Assembly (NCBI RefSeq): GCF_009914755.1
Contig: NC_060933.1
DNA from: the human T2T-CHM13v2.0 reference genome, Homo sapiens
Direction: 5' to 3' (one strand)
Length of the DNA: 64,000 bases
Shown here: in pieces, positions 18,230 through 32,350 of the stretch
Layout of the letters: each line of letters starts with the position of its first letter
How positions within the stretch are numbered: position 1 is the stretch's first letter
Notes under the pieces: generated by a model
Databases searched by the model: none
The model's input: the letters and a program-made list of their open reading frames with translations, nothing else
What the model was told of the DNA's origin: nothing
Translations under genes and position numbers: made by a program

Positions 18230-19588
18230 CTGCAAAAGAAATTAGGAGACGAGACCATGAAAAGAGCCTTCTAAACGCATCGTAAAGTAACACGGCTGCG
18301 CCCACTGCATCCACCTTGTAGGAGGTTCCTGGCAATGCTGCAGTTCTGGGACTCTGGCATCAAAACAAATGCTCCTTTCCAGCATATCTGCATAAAAACT
18401 TAGGTCAGGAAAATAATTCATGACTGAAGATGCTAAGCAGAGAGAGGACTCATAAGTTAATGAGGGCACTGAATAATCTTTAATTGCTGATATTGTATAT
18501 TTAATATCTACATACAAAATTAGCCAAAAAGACAGATCCAAAATTAAATTTTTTTTTTTTTAAAAAAGAGGGCGTCACAATATCAAATTAGCACTTGGCA
18601 GCCAAATAAATACTTTGTAAATGTCATCAATCAAAATATTTGATCTCTGCTACCTTTAACAATCCCATACTTATGAGCGCTCTCTGACAGCCTGGCAATG
18701 GAATGGGCAAGCCCCCTGCAGCCTCTGCCATCACCACCATCACAGCCACTTCCCCCCACACTCACTTTTGAATCTGTGCTGTTGACAGACCAGAAAGGCT
18801 TTTGGCTGCCTGTTATGTGGTTCAAACCACACTGTAGCTGCTTAACCAGGCTGAAGTCATTATTCGGAATCTCCCAACCAGAAAACACAAAACCCCTTAT
18901 TTCCCATCTAAAACTGTACACTGAAGGTCAGGGGATGGCCACTGCAAATTGCTTTTGCAGATATGTGCAAGCCAGGACAGAAACAATAACCCAAGCTCTC
19001 ACTCTTGCATAATTAACTGAAAATGTCTATGCTGATTAACAATTATTCTCTAAATGATGCGGTATATATAATATCCAACTGCTAAACGGTGAAACATTCC
19101 CTACTGTGGCCTTCACAGATAGTGGATTTCCCCCTTAAATGCCATTAGTGTGATCTAAAGAAAGGTTAGCTTTTTACTTCACAGGAAGATCTCAAACTCA
19201 AAATATTTCATTCTGATGTGAACCCACTCACTAATAAAGTCTCTCCTTAAAAAATAAGTGTCTAAATGCCTCGTCTTCGAAACTACGAACATTTTAAAGA
19301 GTTAAAAAATCACACGTACTCTGCAATAATTTGCATTTTATTTGCATATAAATAGGTTGGTAAAAGTGAATGAAATTTAATGACGCCTACAGAATTGTTT
19401 TTTGAAAAGAGAAAAAACATTCTGCTGAAATCCCCTCTCCCCCGACTATTCACTCAAAAAATGCACATGGAATTTCAATGTTTTTATTTCTTGTTCAAAA
19501 CTGAAATGGAACAAACAATGATAAGCAACATTAGAAACACTGAGTCCTAGAGAAGTCACAGACATCAGAAAGCATGATCACACACTTA

Positions 19589-19684
<96 letters not shown>

Positions 19685-19774
19685 TCAAAGTTAAAAAGAA
19701 GAGGCCATGCGTTAGGTTAAGGCACACTACTGGGGTGTTCCTGAGAAATTTTTGCCAACAAGAAGAAAATATAC

Positions 19775-19844
19775 CTGATCCATGTAACCTGTTTCTGTGA
19801 TAAGCTCTCCTGATTTGTAACACAAATGTTCCAATTTCCACTGC
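19775..19844 (-). CDS. PTCH1: PTCH1 exon 4 ([23 protein letters not shown]), 70 nt
   Basis: Acceptor TTAG|GCA, donor CAG|GTATAT. Frame continuous with exons 3 and 5. Confidence 0.96.
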
Positions 19845-20429
19845 CTAATAAAATGAAAAGCAGAGACAAAAATTTCTCACTGTAATAAGAAAATTAGTGC
19901 AAATTCGAAATGATAGAACATATAAAAAGAACTGCAATTTCGATCACTTTTAAGCATCTGTCAAAACGAGCAGAGCTTTTGCCAAGTAGAGACCCAGCAA
20001 GCTTGCTTTAATGAATAGATAATACTCAATCGTAATTAACATGTAGGGTGTTTATGTAAATGAATGCTACCAAAGTACTTGAAAAGTCTTGTTTTCTTAA
20101 GTGTTCTCCCAATAATCTTGTTTACACCATTAATCTGCTTTTCTACATACATTAAACAACTTCAGGGCAGCCCAGCTGAATTATCATAAATTCAAAATAG
20201 GCGGGGATTAAATTAGGTTTGCAAAGTATTGACACATACTCAGGTGCGGAGATGTTTTACTGGCAGATCATGTCCTTAATAGGTAGTATTCAAAATGAAC
20301 TCTCCTGCTCTTAACCATTAATATTATAAACAACAACATGTGCCAGGTGGGTCAAATTCTAACTTCACAGTCTCTTCTATTCCTATCTTACAGAAATGTG
20401 AATAAATATACAGATCAAGAATTAATTTA

Positions 20430-20915
20430 GTGCTGGGTGCTGCAGCTCACGCCTGTAATCCCAGCACTTTGGGAGGTGCAGGCAGGAGGACAGCGTGAAG
20501 CCAGGAGTTTGAAATCAGCCTGGGCAGCAAAGTGAGACCCTATCTCTATAATGAATGAATGAAATGAATGAATGAATAAATAAATAAATAAACTTTAAAA
20601 ATTAGCTGGGCGCAGTGGTGCATGCCTGTCATCTCAGCTATACAGACAAGAAAATTACTTGATCCTGGAAGGCTGAGGCAGTGAGCTGTGATTATGCCAC
20701 TGCCCTCCAGCCTGGGTGACAGAGAGTGACTCTATCTCTACAAAAAAATGAAAAAAAAAATTGCCAGGCGTGGTGCCACACATATATAGTCCCAGCTACT
20801 CGGGAGGCAGAGGTGGAGGATCACTTGAGCCCAGGAGTTCGAGGCTGCAGTAAGCTGTGATTGCTCCACTGCACTCCAGCCTAGATAAGCAAGACCCTAT
20901 CTCTCAAAAAAAAAA
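20430..20915 (+). mobile_element. AluJ with internal (AATG)n/(AAAT)n, followed by a second Alu right arm
   Basis: Alu body. Flanks share aagaattaat. Confidence 0.9.
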
Positions 20916-22521
20916 GAATTAATCGGGAGTTTTATTGTCTCTAGAAAAGTGTTATATAAGCCCATATCTTTCCAGGTGTGTTAGGGAGATCAGTCTAACG
21001 AAAAAAAAAAGAAAATCTGGAAGAGTGGGGATGGAAAAGTCCAAGGGAAGGAAAAAAAAAAAAAAAAAAGAAAGAAACACAGTAAAAACTTCCCTCCCAA
21101 CTGCTCTATTCTTGGCCTCCTAAGGGAGGCCTGTCTTCACCCAAGGAGCTTACTGTGTCCTCTTCCCTGTGCCTTCCTGTCTCTCAGCGCCCTGTTGAAA
21201 TGTCACCCCCATGTTAAGCTTGTTGAAAATGACCCCCTTCTCCTGAACTCTAGAGCCCTGGCTGGGCAGATCTCCTGCTGAAACCTGGCGCAGCTGTCAT
21301 GGGGACCGCCCACGTTTCCTTTGTCCATGTCTATCTATACTGATGTCTTTCCTCTCTTTGAGAGCTGTGCCTAACTTACCCATATCTCCGCCATCCTCCA
21401 CCTAGCCACACATCCATGGACATATTTATATTTTAATTCTATACAGCATCAACATAGACTATCCGGCATGAGTAGGTTCTCACTTTATATTACTTGATCA
21501 ACTCTCATTTACACTTGAGAAGGACATCATTGTGCATTAGAAAAATGAATGGGCTTGAAGCCAGAAAAAGGCTTTGAAACCTGGCTCTCTCATTTCATAA
21601 CTGCATGAACTTGGACAAATGCTCTAATTAGTCTAATTCCCAGTTTTCTCACCTAAAACATGGGATGGGTTGAACTACATGTTCTTAAAGTTCATTCCAA
21701 TGCATAAAATTACTCTGGACCCATCTCAGCTTAAGAGTGTAATTTAATGGCACAGACCCTCACATCTTCTCCTGAAGCATGTAGGTGACAAACACTAAGA
21801 ATGCATTGGCCATGCTTGCAGTGGCCCCAGGACAACCTGGCTCCCCACAGGGATGCCACTTCACATTCTGCAAAACTGTACCAGGTAGTTGCTTCCCTAC
21901 AATACTTGTTACAGACCAACAGGGCAAGTTTGCCTGGCAGAAACATGATTTTACATTTTCTAAGGCCCTTGCATTCATGTATCTGGTCTTGTTCTGGGAA
22001 CCATGAAGGATACGAGCACACATGACCATAAGCCCAGGTTACAGATAAACAAACAAGAATGTGCCAAAGACATGTGACTCGACCCTGGCTGTGCTTGTCC
22101 CTAGGATCCTGTCGAGCTGGAATGTAAGCAGAGGTTAGAGAAGGGACAAGAAAAATCTTAATTTTATTCTCTTCTTTGGTTCTCCCTGGCTGCTGAATAT
22201 GCCTATACTGCTACTTCCTCACCTCTTCCAGGAAAAATAAACAGTACTAACAAAGGCCTCAGTGAAGAGGTGCTGAAAGCCTAGGGGAGGTGATGGGGTT
22301 GGGTGACATCAACTCAGAGGTCCCCTGGAAATGGGGTTTAGTGATGCCAACCTCAAAAGCAATCAACAAACTGAATGCCCACTCTGTTCTCAATGCTGGG
22401 GTGAAAACAGACAAGAGGTGGCCCCTGCCCTGTAGTAACCAACAGTCTAGATACATAAGAAAAAGGACCGAGTTTTGAACTCTTCCTAATGCTTTACTCT
22501 ACTCACAGCATTGTGAAATTA

Positions 22522-22890
<369 letters not shown>

Positions 22891-23324
22891 TCAGCCCCCA
22901 ACGTGCTGTGTGACACAAAACAACTAAGAGTACAAAGTCACAAGAAGCAGCTCTTCTTTTTCGCATTGTTTTTAAGTTCAGCAAGGGCAATTCAAAATAT
23001 CACTCTCCAAAAATCTCTTAAGCAATGAAACATCTTACAGCCTGGGTGTATAGTCCCCAAGTGGCTCAGCGTCATCCTCTTTTGGGGACAGTGCCAAGAT
23101 ACTTACTGGCAATACATTATCAAGTAATGCACTTGCTTTGTTACCAAACTCGAGAAACGATAAATCAAGATGAAAAAAATCCTTTCATTGCAAAGCTATT
23201 TGAACTAATACTCCAGGTGCATTTCCAGGGCAACTTCATTTACTAAAATAACGGGGCCTAAACCAGCAGCCTTCTCCCACCGCCTTACCTGCTGCTCATT
23301 AGTAGGTGGACGCGGCGGGCCTTA

Positions 23325-23534
<210 letters not shown>

Positions 23535-26500
23535 TTAATTAGAATAGCAAAATCACTGCAAACTCATGTTTTATCTGTTATCTGACTACCTGCCATAGGA
23601 TACACAATAGATGAACTCTAGTCATGAGACTGGCTGATGTGTGAGCAGTAACATTCACTTTATTAATGGCAATGTTAACTTCACCAATAGTAAACATAAA
23701 AAATACTCACTAAGCCCATTAATGGCTGTCCCGCCTGTCACAGACACAAACCTAATTCTAACTAATACACTGTGTGACGAAAGTGGGGGGCAGAAAGGAA
23801 AACTTGAGACACCTTTTCCTTGCAGACCAGACCAAATAACCCTGTTACAATTTCTTTCACTTGTATAAACAATGCGCCCCTGCAGCAGATTTCAAGATAA
23901 ATGGCTTCAATTTACACTCTTCTCCTAAGTAAACTGGCAAAGGTAACAAGGAAATGTTTCTCCTCTGTGGAAAAAGAAACAAGGAAAGGTGGCCAGTGTG
24001 TGTTCAGCACAAAACTTGCCAGGAGAAGATAAATAAAGTGATTCAAGTCAGATGCCCATGGGGAAATCCCAATTGAGAGGAACAAACTGTATCAGCCACA
24101 GCCATCATGGGCAGTCCCTGGAACCTGGTTCCATCAGACGCACCTGGTCAGCATCCAGAAAACACAGGTGCCAGGTTCTCAGTCAGCTGGGGGTGAGCAG
24201 CCTGTTTTCCGGAAGCACCCCAGGTGACCCTGAACCTGCTGCCCAGGCCGAGAAGTCCTGCCTCACACCAACCCAGCTTTCCAGCAAGCTGGCCAGCACG
24301 GGGTATGCCCAAAGCCAGCGCAGGAGCAGGTGACCAAAGAAAACCATCAACACTGTGACTGCCAAATGCCTTTTCTCTTCCTCTCCTTTTTACATCCTTA
24401 GGCCCAAGGTTATGTTCAATGAACGGTTCTGGGCCAAGCCAAGCTCCGAATGCTGCACCTGGGCTGGGAGGTGTCTCAGGGAGATACTAATAGTTACAGA
24501 CCCAGGAACCTAGAGCTCCCCCACTCCACAGTCTAGGGCAAAGGAAGCGGGTCTGAATTGTTCCTAAAGTCATTGATAAGTTGCATGTTGACTGAAAAGC
24601 AGGCCTGCAGCGACAGTTTAGAAAAAAACTCAGTGATCATAGCTTTCCCACGAGGAGGAATCCTTTTTCTTCAAGTTTAGTATTCAAGGACATAAACATT
24701 TGGTTTGGACAAGTAAATAAGGACTGGGAACAGCGGGTTGTTTAGTTCTCTTGGCATATTTTATAAACAAGGGGGCAGGCTAAAAAGCAAATAATGCCCT
24801 CATTAGGAAAACCAGTACAAATTCACCGCCTGGCAGGACCCTCTGTGCAGGTCCACGCGGATGCCAAGGCCAGGAGCTCCGTGAGGTGAGGTTTAACATA
24901 CTGCGTGTGGGGTCGGGAAGGAGGGAGGAATATATCAGTTGGTTAATAAAAAGGAATAAGACTTCTGTGTGCAGAAAACTTTGAAAAATGCCAGGGGGCA
25001 TTGCCGAGGGCCTTGCCATCAATGTGAAGTTAAGGAAAAATCACAGGAAAACACTGGGAAACAACTTGCACAGAGAAGCATCTACCTACTCGGCTGGCCT
25101 TTTCTGCAAGCCCTGGGAAAGCTGCCTGAAGGCAGGGGCTTGCTCACTCTAGCAGAAAGCACAGTACTTAACACCACGCAGACTTCCAACCAATTAACTG
25201 AATTTGAGCCAGCCCACATCCCCTAGAAGTGCAGAAGCTGTATGAGGCTAAAAAGCCAGTTATGAGTCCAGAGGTCACAGCTGCAGAGCTGCCCACCAAG
25301 GAGCTCAATGCAGCTTTTGCTCACCCTTTCTTTGTGTTATCACATCTAATGCCACAAACCCAGAAATCATTCCCATTGTTACTGCCTCCTCGAACATCAG
25401 CATGCACGTGGTTTTTCATTCTGATTACAAAGTTGCACCTCCTGCACCTTTACTGAAGCTTAACATATCAGGTGACTTAAACCCATGAAATTAAAAAACA
25501 GCAGCAACAAAGCACACCCCCCACCCTTATTATGGTGACCTAGGTGCCGTTATAGTGAGGAGCAGTCCATGACAGACAGCCTGGCTTCAGCAAGATTCTG
25601 CCCCTCGAGCCTTGGCAGAGCAGCCGCCTGTTAACTATATAATCCTCGAAGTGACCTGAGAGTGCAGTGTGCACAAAAATGGCAAAACCAAACACAAAGT
25701 TTGTGCTGCTAAGAAATTTTTACCAGACTCTTCCAGACCAACCTCATAATGGAGCAGTTATTTTATCACAGGGTGTTTCAGAAATGGCATTTATTTTCTA
25801 CAAGATATAAAATGTACCTCAGGGTCTCCATCATGTCCCCTTTTTAGATGTTTTAAGATGTATATTTACATAAACATTTTAATAAAGGTATAGATTTGTC
25901 CTTTCTCTGGAATTGGAAAACCTGTCGCTCCCCCATCTCTTTGCTCTAATGATGAACACAAATATTTTGCCAATGTGATGTTTCAACTAAGACTATCATG
26001 ATAGGGTGGCCAAGCAACTAGAGTTGAGACTCTGAAGTCTACGGTTTTCTCAACCACCTATGCCATATATACTATTAAATGCAATTCACTTTTACATATT
26101 ATATGGTTATATTTTATCTAATATTTCATCTTATATTTAACCAAATATGAATGTTTTGCAAAATGATTCAAAAACGTTAATGAAGTTTAGTTGCCACCCA
26201 TTTTATCTGACCAATAGCTGTAACATGATTCATTCATCCAGCAAGCATTTGTGGGTGGGTGGGTGGGTACTTTGACCAGGCAGTGGGGATGTGGTGGACG
26301 AAACCAGTCAGCGTAGTCTCTCTCCAAGAGGCATGCTGGTCAGTGAAGGGAACAGGCAACAGCCAAGCAAAACAATAAGATACCTTCATAGCACAAGTGT
26401 GATGCAGAAAACGAAGATGGTGATGCCATGTTGGGTAGTGGGGAAGGGGAAAAGATATTTCAAATGGGATAGCAGGGAAGACCTAAAGGGAAACAACATT

Positions 26501-26994
26501 TAGGTGACTTTGAAGAGCTGGAGAAACAGCGTTCTGGGTAGAAGAACCAGCAACTGCAAAGCCCTCAGGTTTGGCTTGTTGCAGGGAGAGAAGGGAGGCA
26601 AGTGTGGCGGAGCTTGGTGAGACCATAATTAAGTCTTGTGTCATTCACCATGTGAACTGGTAGAATCAGCTCCCTCTCGGGTATAACTGTGTCATAAAGT
26701 GCACGACACTCATATATTCTGACATCAGTATTGACCCAAGGCACTCTGGAGCAAGCTGCCAGAAACAGAAACCCTTCAGGATAGAGCAATTTTACTGACT
26801 CGTCTGACATTTGCTACCCTAGCAAACGCCTATCCTAAATCACTGCTGAATGACAGCTGAAAGCTGTTCATTATCTTGCTGTCTTCCTTATCATCCCTAA
26901 GTGTGAAGCTTTGAGCTCAGGAAGTCCCACAGAACCCATTTTAGATGACTGAGATGAAGGTCATGGTCTTGGAGAAATAGGTTTCCCCCTTCTT

Positions 26995-27275
26995 TTTCTT
27001 TTATTTAAAGACAAGGTCTTGCTCTGTTGCCCAGGCTGGAGTGCAGTGGCACAATCACTGCTCACCGCAGCCTCAACCTCCTGGGCTTAAGCGATCCTCC
27101 TCCCCTAATACCCCAGATAACTCCAACTACAGGCACACACCACCATGCCCAGCTAACTTTTCATTTTTTTGGGTAGATACGGGGGCCTCACTATGTTGCC
27201 CAAGCTGGTCTCAAACTCCTCAGCTTAAGTAATCCTCCTGCCTTGGCCTCCCAAAGTGCTGGGATTTCAGGCATG
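26995..27275 (-). mobile_element. AluJ
   Basis: Diverged reverse Alu. Confidence 0.88.
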
Positions 27276-27432
27276 ACTTTTTTCCACTGTCAGGATCAAA
27301 GTCCTAACATATTTTTAAAATAATCTAATGTTCGTGAAATAGTGCAGAAGAAAATAACTATTAAATCTAGTATCTGTTATGTAGATGTAGGCATAGGGAA
27401 CCAAGTTAATAGCCATTTTTGCTGTGTGGTAG

Positions 27433-27743
<311 letters not shown>

Positions 27744-27832
27744 GACTATGGATAATATTTACCCGCTTTGCTTTTTTGAGTTTATTTCTATCAATTTTTC
27801 TACAATGAAAGAGTATAATTAAAAGCTTCTAT

Positions 27833-28160
27833 GGTTGGACATGGTGGCTCATGCCTGTAATCCCAGCACTTTGGGAGGCCAAGGTGGAAGGATCACTTAA
27901 GGCCAGGAGTCGAGACCAGCCTGGGCAACACAGATAAACGTATTTATCTCTACAAATAAAAAGTTAAAGAAATAGCTGTGGAGTAGTGGAGGCTGCCTTT
28001 AGTTCTAGCTACTTCAGAGGCTGAAGTGTGAGGATCGCTTGAGCCCAGGAGTTGGGGGGTGCAGTGCACTGTGACTGTGTCACTGCACTCCAGCCTGGGC
28101 AATAGAATGAGACCCCACTTCAAAACAAAACAAAACCCAGAAAAACAAAACCTTCTATGT

Positions 28161-28197
<37 letters not shown>
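27833..28197 (+). mobile_element. AluJ followed by a (CA)n microsatellite (28162-28197)
   Basis: Alu body and about 18 CA units. Confidence 0.9.
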
Positions 28198-28202
<5 letters not shown>

Positions 28203-28269
28203 AAAGATAGATATGAGAGCTACTTGGTAGAGATATGAATTAAAAACAAACTCAATGCAAAAAAAAATA

Positions 28270-28660
28270 GGCATCTCTGTACTCACTCATATATGAGAGG
28301 TAAAAAAGATTAATCTGATGGACTTAGAGAGTAGAATGAGGGTTATCAGAGGCTGGGAAGAATGAGAGGGGAAATGAAGAGAGGTGGGTTAATGAGTACC
28401 AACATACAGTTAAGTAGAAAGAATACATTCTAGTGTTCCATAGCATAGTAGGGAGACTACAGTTAACAACAATACACTGTATATTTCAAAATAGCTAGAA
28501 GAGAAGATTTAGAATGTTCTCAACACAAAAAAATGATGAATGTGTTTGAGGTGATGGACATTCCAATTACCCTCATCTGATCATTACACATCATATGCTT
28601 ATATCAAAACATCACATGTACACCACAAATATATACAGTATTATGTATCAATAATACTAA
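28270..28660 (+). mobile_element. L1MA-type 3' end
   Basis: Typical 'tatatttcaaaatagctagaagagaagattt…ttctcaacacaaa…gaggtgatgg' sequence. Confidence 0.85.
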
Positions 28661-29373
28661 TAAACTATAAAAATAATCATATGCATCTTCATCATATTCT
28701 GAAGTCCTTTTATATTAACAATAAAATAACAACCCCTCTGAACAAGACTCAAGAAAAATCATTATCTCAGGATCCTGAGACACAAAATAACGTTTTATAC
28801 TTGGGTGGTGCTTTCCATTTGCAAAGCCCTTTGAGACCATATTCTTTACGTCTTTGGAAATATTTTGATCATTGCTGCTCCTCCATCAAGCTGGGGCCAG
28901 CTGTACCAGACAGGCAGTGAGAATGGAAACCGGAAGACCCCAGCATTGCCACTAGTGGCAGAGAGATCTAGGACAAGTCCCTGACACAGCTGAGCCTCAG
29001 CCACCTTTCCTGGTTGCTGAGGATAACAGGGATAACAAATGCTGTGATGAACCTCACAGGACTGTGAGAGCCTTAGCTGACAATGTGTGTGAAATTTCCC
29101 AGACCCTTACCCAAGAGCGGAGCAAGTGTCAGTTCACCCATGCCTTTGTCACAGAGCATTGTTTCACTGTCCTGATGTTACAGGGGAGGGGGCATAGCTG
29201 CAGAGTTTGGGTGGCTTGCCCAAGGTTGCCCACCTTATTAGTAAGAGGCAGAACTGACCCTTTAACCCAGAGTCCAACTACCCTGCGAGCCTCATGGTTT
29301 CTGAGCACCAGCTGAGAACATGAGTACAGCAGGAGGTAGCCTAGGAGTGCCAAATTCCACAGAGCACACTAGA

Positions 29374-30347
29374 CAGGTTGAGCATCCCTAATCTGAAGGT
29401 CTCAAATGCTCCAAAACCTTCCTGAGTGCCAATATGATGCTCCAAGTGGAAAATTCCACATCTGACCTCATGTAATCAGTCACAGTCAAAACAGGCTCAC
29501 AACCATGAAGATGACATGTTACAACTGCACAAAAAGTTAACTATAGCAGACCTGGTAAAAATGTGTGATGGGCTTATTGAAAACTAACGCATCGTGCATT
29601 CACAACCAAACAGGAAATCATGTCAATTCATAAAATCAAAGAGAGACGTCTTAAGACAGAAACTATTGTTAATGAGGCCGGTGATGCTGGAGGAAACATT
29701 CTGAAAAGCCATCCAGCAGATGTCTCCTCGCCCCTACACAACCCACTCCCTGATCCTTCAACTGCTTCTGATGTTTCTTCTCACCTAAAAAAATAAAACA
29801 TGGTGTACAGTAACCTCTCAGTGAAAACACAGCATTGCAGGTGGAGACCGGAAGCTGCTGTTGTTTAGCCACTGATGCAGGTATCTGGTGATGCTATTGT
29901 GCTGCTTGGGTACCCTGAACACATTATTTTTTTCACTGCATTAATGGAATGTCGTGGTTTTTTTACTGGTAAGTACGTAGGTGTGAATTAGTTTAAGAAA
30001 ATGATTGCTTATCGGCAGCATATAAATTTTAAGTCAGGAAGGATGGGAATGCCACACAACCAGATTGTCCACATGGGTGGCTGAGATAGTGACATCTTTG
30101 CTTTCAGACAGTTCAATATACACCAACATTGTTTCAGGCACACAATTATCTTAAAATATCGTATAAAATTCCCTTCAGGCTAGATGCATAAAGTAGTTGA
30201 AACATAAACAAATTTCATGTTTAGAGTTGGGTCCCATCCTCAAGCTTTCTCATCATGCTTATGTGTGAATATCACCCCCCCTTAAAAAAATCCAAAATCC
30301 CATACACTTCTGGTCCCAAACATTTTGTATAAGGGATACTCAACCTG
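29374..30347. mobile_element. Tigger4/Zombi-type TcMar DNA transposon, internally deleted, both TIRs present
   Basis: TIRs caggttgagcatccct (29374-29389) and agggatactcaacctg (30332-30347), the latter followed by TA. Confidence 0.85.
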
Positions 30348-31589
30348 TATTACGCTCACAGCTAGAATTTTAGAATGCGTGAAATATGACAATAATCCGT
30401 ATTTTTATTTAAAGTACAACCATGTTGCATCAAAGACTTTTCTCAGCCAGTGAGGAGATGCATTTTTTTCAGTAGGGCTCCCTGGGTCACAGTGGACAGG
30501 CCTCATTTTCCTTCTGGTCCCCAGAGAGTCCTGTCTTAGAGGGGGCAGATGAAGGCACACAGAGAACATGCAGCCCTAAGCCTCTTTACCTGCAAATTCT
30601 GCCATCTTATTCTCCAGAAATCCAAGGCTTAAGCCAATTCTTTGAAAGGCAAAAGAAGCATCACTTCTGCAAATAAGTTTTTGATCAAGCTCTGCTGATC
30701 CTCTCATCCCCAAATCAAGCCAGGCTTAACTTTCCAAAGTGAAGAAAGGCTAGCTAGCTCAGGTGGGATGCCAGCTGACCCAGAGGCCCATACTTCTAGG
30801 CCAATATGATTCCAATCCACTGTAGACAAGAGATGTTTCCCTCATCACGCTTCCCTGCTGTGCCCCTCCTCAGCACAGCCTTCTGCACAGAGCTTAAGAA
30901 ACTTCTGTGTCATTCACACAAAAACCTTTTAGCAAAAGCTTATTGTGATCCACATAAAGATGATCTGAGGGACCAACCGAAGTTATTTTCCACAAAATTC
31001 AAGTCCTGCCCATGCACCTCCGTATGTGAGGGACGCAGAGGGGCACCAGGGGCATGGCACACCAAGTGTGCTGAATGAATAAATGAATGCGCAGTCTCAA
31101 TACAGAGCCTTGGGAACAGGCAGTCATCTGTATAAGTTATTAATTCCCCCCAAAGCCTCAAAAAGTCAATCAGTCAAAACAAATGACCCTTTCAGCCTGA
31201 AAAGTACCCACTCAGAGTCCAATTAGGAAAATAGGGTCTGTGTATATGCAAGCGTTGCATTTGCATTTGATTAATCCCATGAATTATCTAACAGCCTCTA
31301 GAGAGATTTTCTTTTTCTTTTAGTTGCTCAGGTCCTCCTTTCAATGTTGCATTTACTTACTGTGAGGCCGAAAAAGTACAAATCTCTAAGCGGGTGTAAC
31401 TGCAAAATTATTAGCACTGCCTCTTTTTTATAATCGAAAAACAAAAAAAAAAGAAAATTCAGTAATGTGAGCAATTGGCTGAAAATTCACGGGCTGTGAA
31501 TTTTAGTCCTCTCCCACCCATCTCTTTTATTCAGGAGGAGCCAACCGCTGTCCAAGTTTCTGGGCCGTTTTTTTCCTTATGAGATTGTG

Positions 31590-32350
31590 CCCCTGCGTGT
31601 TGCCATGGGAAAAACGCTACAATCAGCCCAAAGAGAATGTGCCTTCATGAAGTGAGCCCAGTGAGAGGTCAACCACCAAAGCATAACGAGAAAAGGACAC
31701 CCCCACCTGCCCACGGAACCGCACGGGACCGCACGGGGCATGTGGCAGGCTGGGCGCAGGTAGTGCGCAGGCGCTCGCGCGGGGTTCTGCAACGCGCATG
31801 CGCCGGAAGCAAGCTTCCCCGCCCCCACCAGCTGCTGGCAGTGCCATCTGTTATCAGCCTTGCCCAGGCTGCTCCCTCTGAATGGCTTTCCCTGACGCAG
31901 ACCTGCTCGCCCTGTCAGATGCAATCAGGTCAGCCCGGCACTCTGCCCACGCTGGACCTGCTGCCTGTCGCAGCTCCCACCAGCTCCCAAGGAGCCACGA
32001 GTTCCCGAGACGACGCTGCATCTGCCAGGAGGCCCCTTCTTCATTGGTTACTTGCCACACTGGCAAATGAGGGCTGTGCACCGCGCCACCTGAGACAGGC
32101 CCAAGAACGTTGCTGACTTCCTGCAGAGCACAGGCGGAAATGTCTTCCATCCGGAACAGCGTACTTTCCAAGCTGGGAACTGTCCCAGGTTCTACCACAA
32201 CCTCAGGTGCAACCAGGCCGCTCAAGCGCAACAGGCAGGCAGATGCACACCCAGGTCCCGTCGCTCTGCAGGAAGTGGGCGGGCCCAGAGGTGTGATGAC
32301 GAGCGCGCGCTGGCTCAGAGGCCACACTCCAGCAGCAGCAGGCAGCAGAA
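31590..32350. promoter_or_regulatory. Small intronic CpG-rich, promoter-like element in intron 2
   Basis: Local CpG enrichment with NRF1 (GCGCATGCGC), ETS (CCGGAAG) and X-box-like motifs. Confidence 0.65.

Noticed and set aside
28948-28961. TGCCACTAGTGGCA palindrome as a CTCF site
   Set aside because: Spacing is one base short of the CTCF consensus and it lies in a MIR-like fragment.
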